Shown: in pieces, positions 9,662 through 20,600 of the stretch | How the letters are laid out: each line of letters starts with the position of its first letter | Position numbering within the stretch: the first letter of the stretch is position 1 | Source of the DNA: an uncultured virus (IMG/VR IMGVR_UViG_2061766007_000627) | Taxonomy: Duplodnaviria > Heunggongvirae > Uroviricota > Caudoviricetes | Length of the DNA stretch: 64,000 nucleotides | Direction: 5' to 3' (one strand) | IMG/VR virus record: IMGVR_UViG_2061766007_000627 | Made by a program: the position numbers and the translations under genes | The notes under the pieces: model-generated | What the model saw: the letters and a program-made list of their open reading frames with translations, nothing else | Database searches by the model: none | What the model was told of the DNA's origin: nothing

Positions 9662-11694
9662 GTGAAGAGATTAAAGGCGTTATATATAGGCAATATGACT
9701 CACAGTGGGTTTGTACACCTGGTGCGGCGTGGAATCTGCCCAATAATGGGTGCGGACCTACTTCTGTTGCAAATATTGTTGCTAACTCTATCAATCCTAA
9801 AATAACACCTGTACAAACTTGGAATTATATGAACAGTCACAACTATATTTGTGCTGATGGTTCATATCATAGTGGTGTTACTGCTTGCTTAAAAGAATTC
9901 GGTGTAGAGTCTATTTATGCGTCTGGTCCGTCTGCTTCAAAAGTTTTTGAACTTATGAAAGACCGTAAGTATTCAATCTTGTTATTCGGAGGCGGTACTC
10001 AAGGCGGTGTTACATGGACATTGGGCGGTCACTTTGTTGCCGCAACAGATTATAAAATAGAAAACGGAAAGCACTGGTTTTTTACTCGTGACTCTGGCGG
10101 CAGGAAAAATGATGGCTGGCATTGTTATGAAGATACAATGAGCAGATTGCTTGCCGCTATTTATGTTTGTACTGACTTAAAGGGCGGTGCATCGTCTGGT
10201 GGTTCAGTTGTTGATACAGGGCAGGCTATCGTATTAGAAAAGCAGATAGCAAAACTGTATAGTTCTGATAACTACACTTTCATACATATAGACGAAGAAG
10301 AAAATACAAAGCCAAAATCAAATGCTATTACTGAAAAATTTAAGGTAGCACTGAGCGGGTTATCTCAGCCTGTTACAGAAAATTCTGCGAATGAGATTTT
10401 ACAGCACAAAGAAAAAACAAAGAGTTCATTGCTGGCTGTAATTGATTCAATGTTTGACAGTATTGCTGGCGGTGTTAAGCAGGTAACAAGGGAAGTTGTA
10501 TCTAAAACACCCGGAACTTTATTGTCTTATCCGACCCTAGTAGAAGCACCAGTTATTGTTCTGAATATGAATGGTGTAGTAATTGGGGGTTATGGTAACT
10601 TTGGCGACAGATACCCTAATTACATCAATTCTATGACAGTAGACAAAACAAGCGGGAAGATAAATCAGTACAAAATAAATCTTGTACATCAAGTCAGATT
10701 TGGTGAGGACCCAAATTTCATTGATAAACTGCTGAGCAGAACAGGCTTCACAAACAAGATTCAAATATTGTACGGTGATTCTAACGGAAGTAAACTGTTT
10801 AGAGATGATGAGGCACTTGTTACAGATGTCACATTTACTGAAAATGTTGCGACAAAAAGTATCAACTATACGATAACGGCTATCTCTTCGATAATATCAG
10901 CTTCGAGCATTACTTCAAATTATCCAGCACAAACAGATAAGCCTTCAAATTTGATACTTGATTTGTTTTATTCGTTGAACGATACAAGCCGTGCATTGTT
11001 ATCAGCCTTTTCAGGTATGGCAAATAAGACACTTGTAATGAGTATGGGATTGATTCCTACGGACGATGCAATCGTTAGAACACAGCCAATGGTCAACACT
11101 TCTGCGCTTGCAATGCTAAATTATTATGTGAGCGGAATGTATAACGAATATACCAATTCGATATATTCACTGACATATCACGATGATACAAAGAATGAGT
11201 TTGGCGGGCCATATATAAAAATAAATTCAATTGGAGATACCGATACAAGCACATTAGATGGCAGATATTTTGAAGTTGATGTTGGGTACCCTGGTGATAA
11301 TTTTGTAATGGACTTCTCTATTGACAATAGTGTGTATTTTCCGTTGGTGTACAAATACAATCAAGATTTACCGAAATGGGTATATGATATTGATAATGAT
11401 GGGAATGTTCTCAAGACGCAAACAAACTCACTCGTGACAAACAATAGATTTGATAGACCTAATGTAATCATGTCAGAATGGTGGAAGCGCGTTACAGAAT
11501 ATCCTGTATCAGCAACACTTACACTTAAAGGTCTTATGAAACCCATAATGCTTGGTTCATATATAAGAGTTAATGTGCTATTCTATGGAAATCAAGATTT
11601 AGCATCTGGGTTATATGCAGTTATGGGACAGACGGATAGTATTTCAGGAAGCGGTTATTCTACAACTTTATCTTTGTTAAGAGTAGGAAGTTAA
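9658..11694 (+). CDS. Baseplate hub paralogue 2 with N-terminal C39-like cysteine peptidase
   Basis: Q.D..W...GCGPTS.A...GHFV motif set; C-terminal hub domain paralogous to 7085. Confidence 0.8.
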   Translation: MSEEIKGVIYRQYDSQWVCTPGAAWNLPNNGCGPTSVANIVANSINPKITPVQTWNYMNSHNYICADGSYHSGVTACLKEFGVESIYASGPSASKVFELMKDRKYSILLFGGGTQGGVTWTLGGHFVAATDYKIENGKHWFFTRDSGGRKNDGWHCYEDTMSRLLAAIYVCTDLKGGASSGGSVVDTGQAIVLEKQIAKLYSSDNYTFIHIDEEENTKPKSNAITEKFKVALSGLSQPVTENSANEILQHKEKTKSSLLAVIDSMFDSIAGGVKQVTREVVSKTPGTLLSYPTLVEAPVIVLNMNGVVIGGYGNFGDRYPNYINSMTVDKTSGKINQYKINLVHQVRFGEDPNFIDKLLSRTGFTNKIQILYGDSNGSKLFRDDEALVTDVTFTENVATKSINYTITAISSIISASSITSNYPAQTDKPSNLILDLFYSLNDTSRALLSAFSGMANKTLVMSMGLIPTDDAIVRTQPMVNTSALAMLNYYVSGMYNEYTNSIYSLTYHDDTKNEFGGPYIKINSIGDTDTSTLDGRYFEVDVGYPGDNFVMDFSIDNSVYFPLVYKYNQDLPKWVYDIDNDGNVLKTQTNSLVTNNRFDRPNVIMSEWWKRVTEYPVSATLTLKGLMKPIMLGSYIRVNVLFYGNQDLASGLYAVMGQTDSISGSGYSTTLSLLRVGS

Positions 11695-13679
11695 TGTCGA
11701 GCAAATCAGAATTAATAGCAAAATATGCTAATGAAGCACTTACATATTACAATCTTCGTGCGTTGAAGTGGACGCATAAAGGTACTTGTGCTGTAATGGG
11801 CAATATCAATCAAGAGTCTGGATTTAGAACAGATGCTATTTCTTTTGATGGGTACGGCTCGTTGGGTATTTGTCAATGGACATTCAGCAGAAGAACTAAC
11901 TTGGAAAATTTCTTGAAAGAAAGAAGTTTGCCACTTAATTCTTTGTCAGGACAGTGCGCATTTCTTGATTACGAAACTAAATCGAATTATCCAAAACTGT
12001 ATGATTGTTTAGTAAAGGATACTGAACTTACATTAATTGAGTTAACAGATAAGTTTTGCAGAGAATGGGAACGCCCTGCGGAAGCATACGCAAATTATCC
12101 AAGAAGAGAATCATCAGCAGAACTTTATTACGAGAGATATAAAGGCACATATGTAGGTGGAGATGACCCAGAAGAACCATCGTCTGGCTATGCGATTGAT
12201 TTTAATAAAACAACTGCGAAGCTATCCTCTTCGGATAATTTTGAATACTTACAGCAAGATGCTGAAGAAGAAAAGCAGGTTGCGTCAGGCAGCTCGACTA
12301 CGCAAACCATAAAAGATATTCTTAACAACAGTGCTTTATCGGGTTCATCCAATGTTGCAGGAAATGTTGCAAGCCTGTTAGAGCGAGCAGTTTCTTCTGT
12401 CAATGTAAAGTTAAAACAAACACCTAAAATCTCTACTTTTGGCGAGGAAGTACACGGCTCATTACTCCCTGTTTATCCAACATTAGTAGAAGCACCCTTT
12501 GCAGAAGTAACAATCGGTGGAGTTACATTTGGAACATATAGTGTTCGTAAGAATTATCCATCTTATCCTAACTATGTGCAGTCAGTCGAGATTATCAAGA
12601 CGAATGGTACGATAAATGAATACACAATTAATTTAGTGCATCAGGTTTCGCCAGGGGATAATCCAAATTATATAGCAGAACTTTTATCTGCAACTGGATA
12701 TAATGAGATACAGATTTCATACGGAGATGCAAATTACGGAAAGTATTTTCGAGATGTGAAAGCACTGCTGATAGGAGTTAAAACATCATTTGATTTTGCA
12801 AGTTGCAACATACGATACACGCTTAATGCTACAAGCCTTTCATACTTGATGTCAACTACGAGAATGAACTTTCCTGCCGTGACAGACAAACCTTCAAATG
12901 TTATACTTGACTTAGTAGAAAAACAATCTGAACTAATTACAAGTTACTTCACAGGAATGAGAAGTGTTACTGAAATCATAGACCGAGGTCTAATTCCTGC
13001 TAATGATAAAGAAGTTGAAATCGAAGCCGTAAAAGATAAAAATATACTTGAATACATTTCTTATCTCACCTCATTGATGAGAGATGAGAATGATGAGATA
13101 GCAGATAAATCTTCCTATTACTTAACAGTAAATGATGAGCAATACGGAGAACTTGGAAATACATTTAGTATTAAAGAAATCATTTCTGATAACATAAAAT
13201 CAAGTAGTCTTGTTTACGAAGTAGATGTTGGTTACCCCGATGACAATTTAGTATACGATTTTACTATCAATTCAAACTATGCGTGGGCGGCTACTTATTC
13301 CGAAGCAAACAAGATTACAAATTATGTTTACGATATTGATAATGATGGTGATTTAACAAAGAAGAAATCGTCTACACTACTTGCTTCTACATTAAGTGCT
13401 AATGAGTTTGCGATAGATACTAATATGTGGAAACAACTGACTAGATTTCCTATAACAGCCACTCTTACTTTGAAGGGTTTGATGGCACCGATATTGTTAC
13501 TCACATATATAAAGATAAATAACTACTACTTCGGCAATAAACGAATTACGAGCGGGCTGTACATCGTAACAGAACAGCGTGACAGCATTTCGGGAAATGG
13601 TTGCACAACAGCACTTGGACTTACAAGAGTTGCAAGTGATGTAGAGTCTATAACAATTGATGGTAGAGTAAGGACATAA
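11694..13679 (+). CDS. Baseplate hub paralogue 3 with N-terminal phage tail lysozyme (Phage_lysozyme2-like)
   Basis: AVMGNINQESG...GICQWT..RR..L...WERP; C-terminal hub domain paralogous to the two preceding genes. Confidence 0.8.
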   Translation: MSSKSELIAKYANEALTYYNLRALKWTHKGTCAVMGNINQESGFRTDAISFDGYGSLGICQWTFSRRTNLENFLKERSLPLNSLSGQCAFLDYETKSNYPKLYDCLVKDTELTLIELTDKFCREWERPAEAYANYPRRESSAELYYERYKGTYVGGDDPEEPSSGYAIDFNKTTAKLSSSDNFEYLQQDAEEEKQVASGSSTTQTIKDILNNSALSGSSNVAGNVASLLERAVSSVNVKLKQTPKISTFGEEVHGSLLPVYPTLVEAPFAEVTIGGVTFGTYSVRKNYPSYPNYVQSVEIIKTNGTINEYTINLVHQVSPGDNPNYIAELLSATGYNEIQISYGDANYGKYFRDVKALLIGVKTSFDFASCNIRYTLNATSLSYLMSTTRMNFPAVTDKPSNVILDLVEKQSELITSYFTGMRSVTEIIDRGLIPANDKEVEIEAVKDKNILEYISYLTSLMRDENDEIADKSSYYLTVNDEQYGELGNTFSIKEIISDNIKSSSLVYEVDVGYPDDNLVYDFTINSNYAWAATYSEANKITNYVYDIDNDGDLTKKKSSTLLASTLSANEFAIDTNMWKQLTRFPITATLTLKGLMAPILLLTYIKINNYYFGNKRITSGLYIVTEQRDSISGNGCTTALGLTRVASDVESITIDGRVRT

Positions 13680-13680
13680 T

Positions 13681-14790
13681 ATGATTCAAAAAGCAATAAT
13701 TGAAGCCATTGAAAATGATTATCAAGTAAAGGTGCGAATACCTAAATATGATAAAATGTCATACGATGGGGCAGGGTACGATGAATTATCAACAGGAATA
13801 ATTTGTTCCACTCCTGGTACTCTTGTTAATTATTCTGTTGGAGATGTTGTGCTTGTTTCTTTTGAAAATGACGAGATAAGCAAACCTGTAGTGCTTGGAC
13901 TTCTTTACACCGATAAAGCAACTGAGTCATCTGTCAAACTGCCCAGCATTTCTACTGAATTAAGTAGCATTAGTGAATCCCTCGGAAAGATAAAAAATGC
14001 ACGCCCATATGTTCATATAAAGTATTCTAACGATGGTGGAACGACTTTTACTTCTTTGTATGACTATGCAGACGCTACAAAGATGTCTGATATGCACTAC
14101 ATCGGGCAGAATATTCCAATTAACATCAAATCAAAATACTTAGCGTGGAACATCGTAGATAAAAATAACGTCAATTCTATTGATAAGTTTAACCTTTCCG
14201 TTTCGATTTCAGCAATGAAAGGAAATGAGATACTAGGCGGTGAACCACTTAAATCTTCTGATGCTGTGGTCAATATCCCAGATAGTTACAACTATTGCGA
14301 TAGTTTGCTCGTGTCATATGATTTATCCGTGTATCAAGGCAAGATTGAAGATTATTATATCTCACTCTTTACAGATAAAGACCCAATTGGAAGTATTGCT
14401 GGCGACTATATCGGCATTTATTATTCAACATCAGAAGTGCCGTCTGCTAACCCCATTGATTATTCTTGGGCATCTTTGAAATTAAGAATACAAGAATTTA
14501 TTGATGAAGCGTATGAAAAATTACGCCATAGGGTAAGACAGAATGAAGAATACTTATATGGCAGATGGGACAGTACAGATGAAGATTATGCAACCGAAAG
14601 CCCGCATACAGAAACAGGTATTGATTCTGCTGTGTCCGTGTCACCAAGTGTTTTTAACATTAGTAAAAAATCACAGATAACATTGTCTGCAAAGAGTGCA
14701 ATCAAAGTTGATACACTTTCAAACTCATTGTTTTTCAATAATATAAAGTTAATTGCAAGTTCAGATGGTCATTTAAAAGTGCAAATTTAG
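13681..14790 (+). CDS. Baseplate spike (gpV/gp5 OB-fold N-terminus)
   Basis: VKVRIP...VGDVVLVSFEN....PVVLG; also a YVHIKYSNDGG...DYIGIY...NP.DY.W tail-protein motif. Confidence 0.75.
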   Translation: MIQKAIIEAIENDYQVKVRIPKYDKMSYDGAGYDELSTGIICSTPGTLVNYSVGDVVLVSFENDEISKPVVLGLLYTDKATESSVKLPSISTELSSISESLGKIKNARPYVHIKYSNDGGTTFTSLYDYADATKMSDMHYIGQNIPINIKSKYLAWNIVDKNNVNSIDKFNLSVSISAMKGNEILGGEPLKSSDAVVNIPDSYNYCDSLLVSYDLSVYQGKIEDYYISLFTDKDPIGSIAGDYIGIYYSTSEVPSANPIDYSWASLKLRIQEFIDEAYEKLRHRVRQNEEYLYGRWDSTDEDYATESPHTETGIDSAVSVSPSVFNISKKSQITLSAKSAIKVDTLSNSLFFNNIKLIASSDGHLKVQI

Positions 14791-14799
14791 GAGTAGAAA

Positions 14800-17268
14800 A
14801 TGGCAACCACATTAACATGGTCATCACCAGGTTCAACATCAGATTATGTAACAACTTCACCTTATTTAGCGGGCGCAATAAGTATTTCAGTTAGCAGAGC
14901 ATCTGTATCAAATGCGGCAGTAACCGTATCCTGTACTGTTAAACTCGGCTTTGGTACATATAGTGAAATTTCTGATGGTAGTTCGTATGGCTCACGCACA
15001 AGTGAGGGGTTTACTACAAATTTATATGCGTCAAGCGTTTCAGGAAGTCCGTTAGCCTCTGGTACAATAAATCCTAATAATACTTCTTGGTATAGAAATT
15101 CTAATACTGCTACGACAATGATAAGTGGCATACCTCAAACTGCTTATCCACAAATTAAAGGTGTCACTTTAACATATACATATTCCAGTTGGACATCTGG
15201 CAGTAAGACTTTTGCGGTAAATATACTTCGTGCGGGGTCTTCTAAAGTGACACGCACTTTCACATTGGACTGTCCTACCTATTCTTCTACACAGTATACA
15301 TTGACATTTAAGCCTAATGGTGGTTCTGGTACGATGCCCCCGCAGTCGTACTATTATCAGGCTTCTGGTACAGATAACTATATTACATTAAATAGAAATA
15401 CTTTTACTCGTACTGGTTATACGTATAAGGGGTACTGGACATATACTACAGCAGATGTTGCTTCTGATTCTACAGATAAAATAGCAGATGGCGGTAAGTA
15501 TTACAGACACAATAAAGGCAATAAGACTTTATACGCACAATGGACTGCTAACACATATACGATTAAGTATGATGCAAATGGTGGTTCAGGAAGTATGTCA
15601 AATACTTCTATGACATATGATGTTGCTAAAAATTTAAGGGCAAATGCTTTTACACGTAGTAATTATAGATTTTCTCATTGGAACACAAAATCAGATGGTA
15701 GTGGCGACTACTCATTTGAAGATGGTCAGTCTGTAATTAACATTCCGCCATTCAGTGGCACGATAACACTATACGCAATTTGGGTAAGGCAATATACTGT
15801 TTCTTATAATGCTAATGGTGGTACTGGCGCGCCCGCAACATCTAATCCAATAGATACAGGTTCTCAATACACGATTCCTGCACCCCCAGAAACGCCACTA
15901 CCGACACGTACTGCTTATATTTTTGATTGTTGGTATAGTAATTCGAGTGGTACAGGTGGTACTGCATATAATCCTGGACAAACGATTACTATTACTTCAA
16001 ATAAAACTCTGTATGCTAAATGGAAGCAACAATTTACATTAAGATATTATTACTGGAATAGTAATGCTTCTCCACAACAGCAAATTGCGTATGAGCAAAT
16101 AATTGATTCGGGCAGTACAGATTTATGGTCGGGTTCAACTGTTCCATCTATGACTATTTCGGGAATTGAATATGTATTTTCTGGATATTGGGAAAGCATT
16201 AGTACTGCACCTGCGAATAGTCAAGATTCATATAGAAGAACTGACTGTATTACTGATACTTTTGTTGCTCCTTATGATAATGTTGCAGGCGGCGAAAAAT
16301 CTGGCATTACAACTGATTTGATTTACAAAGCAGTTTATCAACCAAAGTCCGTATTAGGAACAACTACTTTTTCAGACGCAGTATTTATACGCACTGACCG
16401 ACAGATTTCATTTAGTGCATTTAAGCAATTAAGTGAAGAAGAATTTAGGTCCTTAAGTAGAGATAATGGAAGTTACATCTGTGGGTATGTGAAGTTTGCA
16501 TCTTCGTATTCGTCAAATTCAACCATTAGATTGCTTTCTGGTCCAAATAAACCTGTGAGTGGTTTAGTTAATGCTAGTGGTAATAGTTATAAAAATATAA
16601 CAATTGACGGAACTGATAGTTACGGAAATACTGATAATGCAGAGGTATATTTCAACGGCAACAGTGTTTATGCTTATTATTCAGTAAGCGGTATTTCTGA
16701 AACTATAACCTACTATGCAAAGACGCTGTTTAATGAAATTAGGAATGATTATGGTGCAACTGTTTCTTGCCAGAACACAGTAGTTTTGCCTGGTATATAT
16801 TATATTGCAGATATAAGTAGAGATGGCAAGATGGTGGCTTTTGGCGGAACAGCATTTGATAATGTTAGTACTGCTGACCCGCTTCCTATTTCAAAATACA
16901 CAGACAATGATTATCCTGAAGAGGGTGTAACAGATGCACACCCTGCTAAAACACAAATTGCTTCTGATGTATTCGCAGTATACAATCAGTTTTATGTAGC
17001 AGATGAGAGTAAGACCTTAGTACCTGCTATTACAGATGGTATTATTGAAGATGAAATCGTTTTAGATTCAAATACACTTATTACTTGGAAACCGATTTTA
17101 TCTGGTGGTATGCCTGCTCCTGGTGGGGTAACAATAACATCATTAAATGTTACAAGTAATGGAACATATACGGCTCCAGTAGGGCAAGCATTTTCACCCG
17201 TAACAGTAAATGTTCCAAGCGGTGGGTACACACCGACATATTCAGCGGGAATATTGATTTTTGAATAA
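14800..17268 (+). CDS. Virion protein with Listeria-Bacteroides (InlB B / Flg_new) repeats
   Basis: Three YTxxYxxNGGxG...TLYAxW repeats at about aa 165-410; Ser/Thr/Tyr-rich. Confidence 0.75.
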   Translation: MATTLTWSSPGSTSDYVTTSPYLAGAISISVSRASVSNAAVTVSCTVKLGFGTYSEISDGSSYGSRTSEGFTTNLYASSVSGSPLASGTINPNNTSWYRNSNTATTMISGIPQTAYPQIKGVTLTYTYSSWTSGSKTFAVNILRAGSSKVTRTFTLDCPTYSSTQYTLTFKPNGGSGTMPPQSYYYQASGTDNYITLNRNTFTRTGYTYKGYWTYTTADVASDSTDKIADGGKYYRHNKGNKTLYAQWTANTYTIKYDANGGSGSMSNTSMTYDVAKNLRANAFTRSNYRFSHWNTKSDGSGDYSFEDGQSVINIPPFSGTITLYAIWVRQYTVSYNANGGTGAPATSNPIDTGSQYTIPAPPETPLPTRTAYIFDCWYSNSSGTGGTAYNPGQTITITSNKTLYAKWKQQFTLRYYYWNSNASPQQQIAYEQIIDSGSTDLWSGSTVPSMTISGIEYVFSGYWESISTAPANSQDSYRRTDCITDTFVAPYDNVAGGEKSGITTDLIYKAVYQPKSVLGTTTFSDAVFIRTDRQISFSAFKQLSEEEFRSLSRDNGSYICGYVKFASSYSSNSTIRLLSGPNKPVSGLVNASGNSYKNITIDGTDSYGNTDNAEVYFNGNSVYAYYSVSGISETITYYAKTLFNEIRNDYGATVSCQNTVVLPGIYYIADISRDGKMVAFGGTAFDNVSTADPLPISKYTDNDYPEEGVTDAHPAKTQIASDVFAVYNQFYVADESKTLVPAITDGIIEDEIVLDSNTLITWKPILSGGMPAPGGVTITSLNVTSNGTYTAPVGQAFSPVTVNVPSGGYTPTYSAGILIFE

Positions 17269-17272
17269 TCTG

Positions 17273-17282
17273 TTGCTAAATT
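17273..17282 (+). promoter_or_regulatory. Candidate late-promoter motif TTGCTAAATT
   Basis: In a 32-bp intergenic gap, upstream of the GGAGG RBS of the gp25-like gene. Confidence 0.5.
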
Positions 17283-17300
17283 AAATGATATGGAGGATAT

Positions 17301-17678
17301 ATGTATTCGATTGCATTTCCTAATATTTTCAATGGTTCAAAGGTTTTCTTATACAGAGATTATGACGCTATAAAAAGTAATTTGACAGCGTTGCTTTCTT
17401 CTGATAAGGGTGCATTGTTTGGTGACCCGTTTTACGGCACCAGACTTAAAACTTTATTGTGGAGTCAGGCATATGACCCGATTGTGCGTGATTTGATTAA
17501 AGATGATATATTTAACGCAATTTATTCTTATATGCCACAGCTAACAGTACATAGAAATGATATTGTTATTAATATCGTAGATAATGTTGTTACGGCTTCA
17601 ATTAAGGTCACAAGTAGTTCAGGTATTGAATCAAACTTGTACGAAATAACATTATTAACTGGTGCTGAAGAAAATTAA
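17301..17678 (+). CDS. Baseplate wedge subunit (gp25/gpW-like)
   Basis: AIKSNL..LL...KG....DPFYGT.L..LL; 125 aa; precedes the J-like gene. Confidence 0.85.
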   Translation: MYSIAFPNIFNGSKVFLYRDYDAIKSNLTALLSSDKGALFGDPFYGTRLKTLLWSQAYDPIVRDLIKDDIFNAIYSYMPQLTVHRNDIVINIVDNVVTASIKVTSSSGIESNLYEITLLTGAEEN

Positions 17679-17692
17679 GAGAGGAAGAGTTA

Positions 17693-20600
17693 ATGGCGCA
17701 AGATATTGTAAATGAAAACCAGAGTTTATCATATACTAATTTAGACTTCTCATCAATTTACACAGAAGTCTTAGATATGGTAAAACAGCTAACTAAAAAA
17801 TGGGACCCCTCGATTTCTGATGAGTCAGACCCAGGTGTAGTTCTCGTAAAATTATCAGCATTGCTTGCTGATAAGATGAACTACAATATTGACAAAAATA
17901 TTTTAGAGGCTTTTCCGCTATCAGTTACGCAAGATTCTAATGCAAGGCAGTTATATGAACAACTCGGTTATTATATGCACTGGTATAATGCCGCAACTGT
18001 TCCTGTGACATTAAGTTGGAAAAATACAACTGTCGATGAAAATGGAGATGCTATCGCATATACAATTCCTAAATTTACCACAATTACTGATGAGGACGAA
18101 ACTGTTGTATACTCTCTTGTAGGTACTTTAGGTGAAGATGATGTTGTTGTTTCTGATGGCATTCTCTACACAGACAGCAGTAGAAATCTTAATATGCTCG
18201 CATATGAGGGAATTCCTGTTCAGTATACATTCAATGATAGAACAACTATCACTCCGAACATGGTAGATAACAACAATAGACTTTATTTGTCTACTGCATA
18301 CGCCTTTGAAAACGGCGTGTTTATTAAAAATGTTGAGCAGGATAATTACGCCGAGTGGCATAGAGTTAATAATCTGTACGAGTACTCTTATGATGAGCAT
18401 AGATATAAGTTTGGGTATGACAGTGCATCTAATCTTTGTTATCTTGAATTCCCCGATAATTATGCCGAATTATTCGGTAGTGGTATCGAGTTAGTTTATC
18501 TTACTTTTGCAACAGATGAAAGTTACTCTGATGTTCCTACACAGTTCCTGTCAAAGTTTTTAGCGACAGTTACTGTCGGGGATAATAATGAGATTGTACT
18601 CTCTCCTGATAATGTTAGTATTTCTAATACAGAGCCTGCAACCGGGCATGCCGAAAAAGAAGATATAAACGATGCGTATAAAAACTACAAGAAAACTGTC
18701 GGTACATTCCACACGCTCATTACATTAAGGGACTATCTTAATTATATTACTTCGCAAGAAGTTGATGTTTGTTCCAATGCTTTTGTTACGGACAGGACAA
18801 ATGATATACAATCTACATATAAGATTATTTCAAAACATAATGGTGTTGATTCACTTATTACCGAAGTAGAGAACGATGAGTCCATCGCACGTTTTGTCAA
18901 AACAAAAGACCAAGATGTTATGACGGGCAAAGATTACTTTATCTGGAATGCACAGTTAAGCAGTTTTAGTAAAGTAGACACGCCACAAGTAGTAGATTTA
19001 CCTTCATATTATGAGTTTGTCGGTGAAGATATGATGTCACCGTTCTCATTAAAGTTTTATCTTTTACAGAAAGCGATTGCGTTAACCGCTCGTGGTGCTT
19101 ATGACAATACCTTTGAAATGTCACATAGTGATGATTTAGATATTGAGGCGTTACTGGGTAATACTTCGCATCTTGTGCATAACTTTGAAGAAATTGAGCC
19201 TATTGGTGTTGGTGAGTATGTTGCGTCTGAGGATTTAGAACCTGCAGACAATACGATTTATTATTTCTATAATGGTGAGCATGAACGCTATGAGCCAGTT
19301 CCTGTTACCTCTTTAGACTATCAATCATTTAATCCACGAGCGATGAGTTTGTATGAATTAGATGAATATTATCTTCGTTCCACCGACACACAGTGGTATC
19401 AGGGGGTAGATTATTATTACTATTATAATGATACATACACTCTTATTGACCCAGAAGATTATGATGACCACGGGGCATCTCCTGCTATTGCACCCAATGT
19501 TTATGTTAAAATAACTGAATACTCTTTAACGGAAGATGTGAACATTGACAGCAGTAAAACATATTATAAAAAAGACCCATCTACGGACACCTATGTTGAG
19601 GCAGTTTTGCCTGAGGATACCCCAAGTTCATCGGTAAATCCAAGTGAGTTAGGTTTATATGAGCAATCAAAAGAACCGCTACTCTCACATATCGTATTTT
19701 TGAAAAACAAATATCCGATAACTATGAGCGTTTCTACTTACAATACTGCCAATAAAATAGTCAGAGATGAGATACTTACAAATATCATAACAGCTTTTTA
19801 TAATAACCTTGATAGTTCAAATATTGATTTTGGTGATGCAATTTCTCTTGATTACCTGACTGAGATTGCAAAAAATTCAGATACAAGAATTAAGAATGTT
19901 GCTTTCGATGCACTTACCTATACTACCTTTGCAATCTATTGGGACGAACATCAGCAATCATTTGTTGAGATTGAACTTCCGTCATCATCAACAAACGTAG
20001 GTTTATCAAATATAGTTGCGTATCCTACATATGATAATGTGACTGCATATCTGTTCAGCAAAGAAATTATTTGTAAGTCAATTCTCGCAGGTGTCACACA
20101 ACTGATTGTTCCTGATAATACTTTTGCTTATCACCTTAATCAGAAGTATATTGCGCAAGTAGAAAATATTAAGTACATCACTGGCGAAGCAACTATTGAT
20201 ATGAATATGCAGGAACCGCACTATCTCATTTCAGAAGACTCACCTGCACTTATGAAATCATATGTTCTTCAAGAGAATGAAACTATATCATTGTTCAGGC
20301 CATCAATTTCAGATGTTGAAACATACACTTCTGGAATACATTATGAGTATTTGGTACACTCAAATATTCGTGGCGGGCAATCAAAACAATTAGGCATCAA
20401 TGAGTGGTTTATTTTCTATATTTCAAATATAGATAGTGATGGTATATTACAGAGTTTCAATGTTTATGTGTATGGGCAGGGCGCAATTATTCGTCCAACA
20501 TTTGATATTGAAGCAAGAGGAAGTTTAACAACTTATGGAAGCATAGCCGTTGGTATGGCATCTTCAGAGGGTGCGATTTCAGAAACTTCCGTTGATACAA

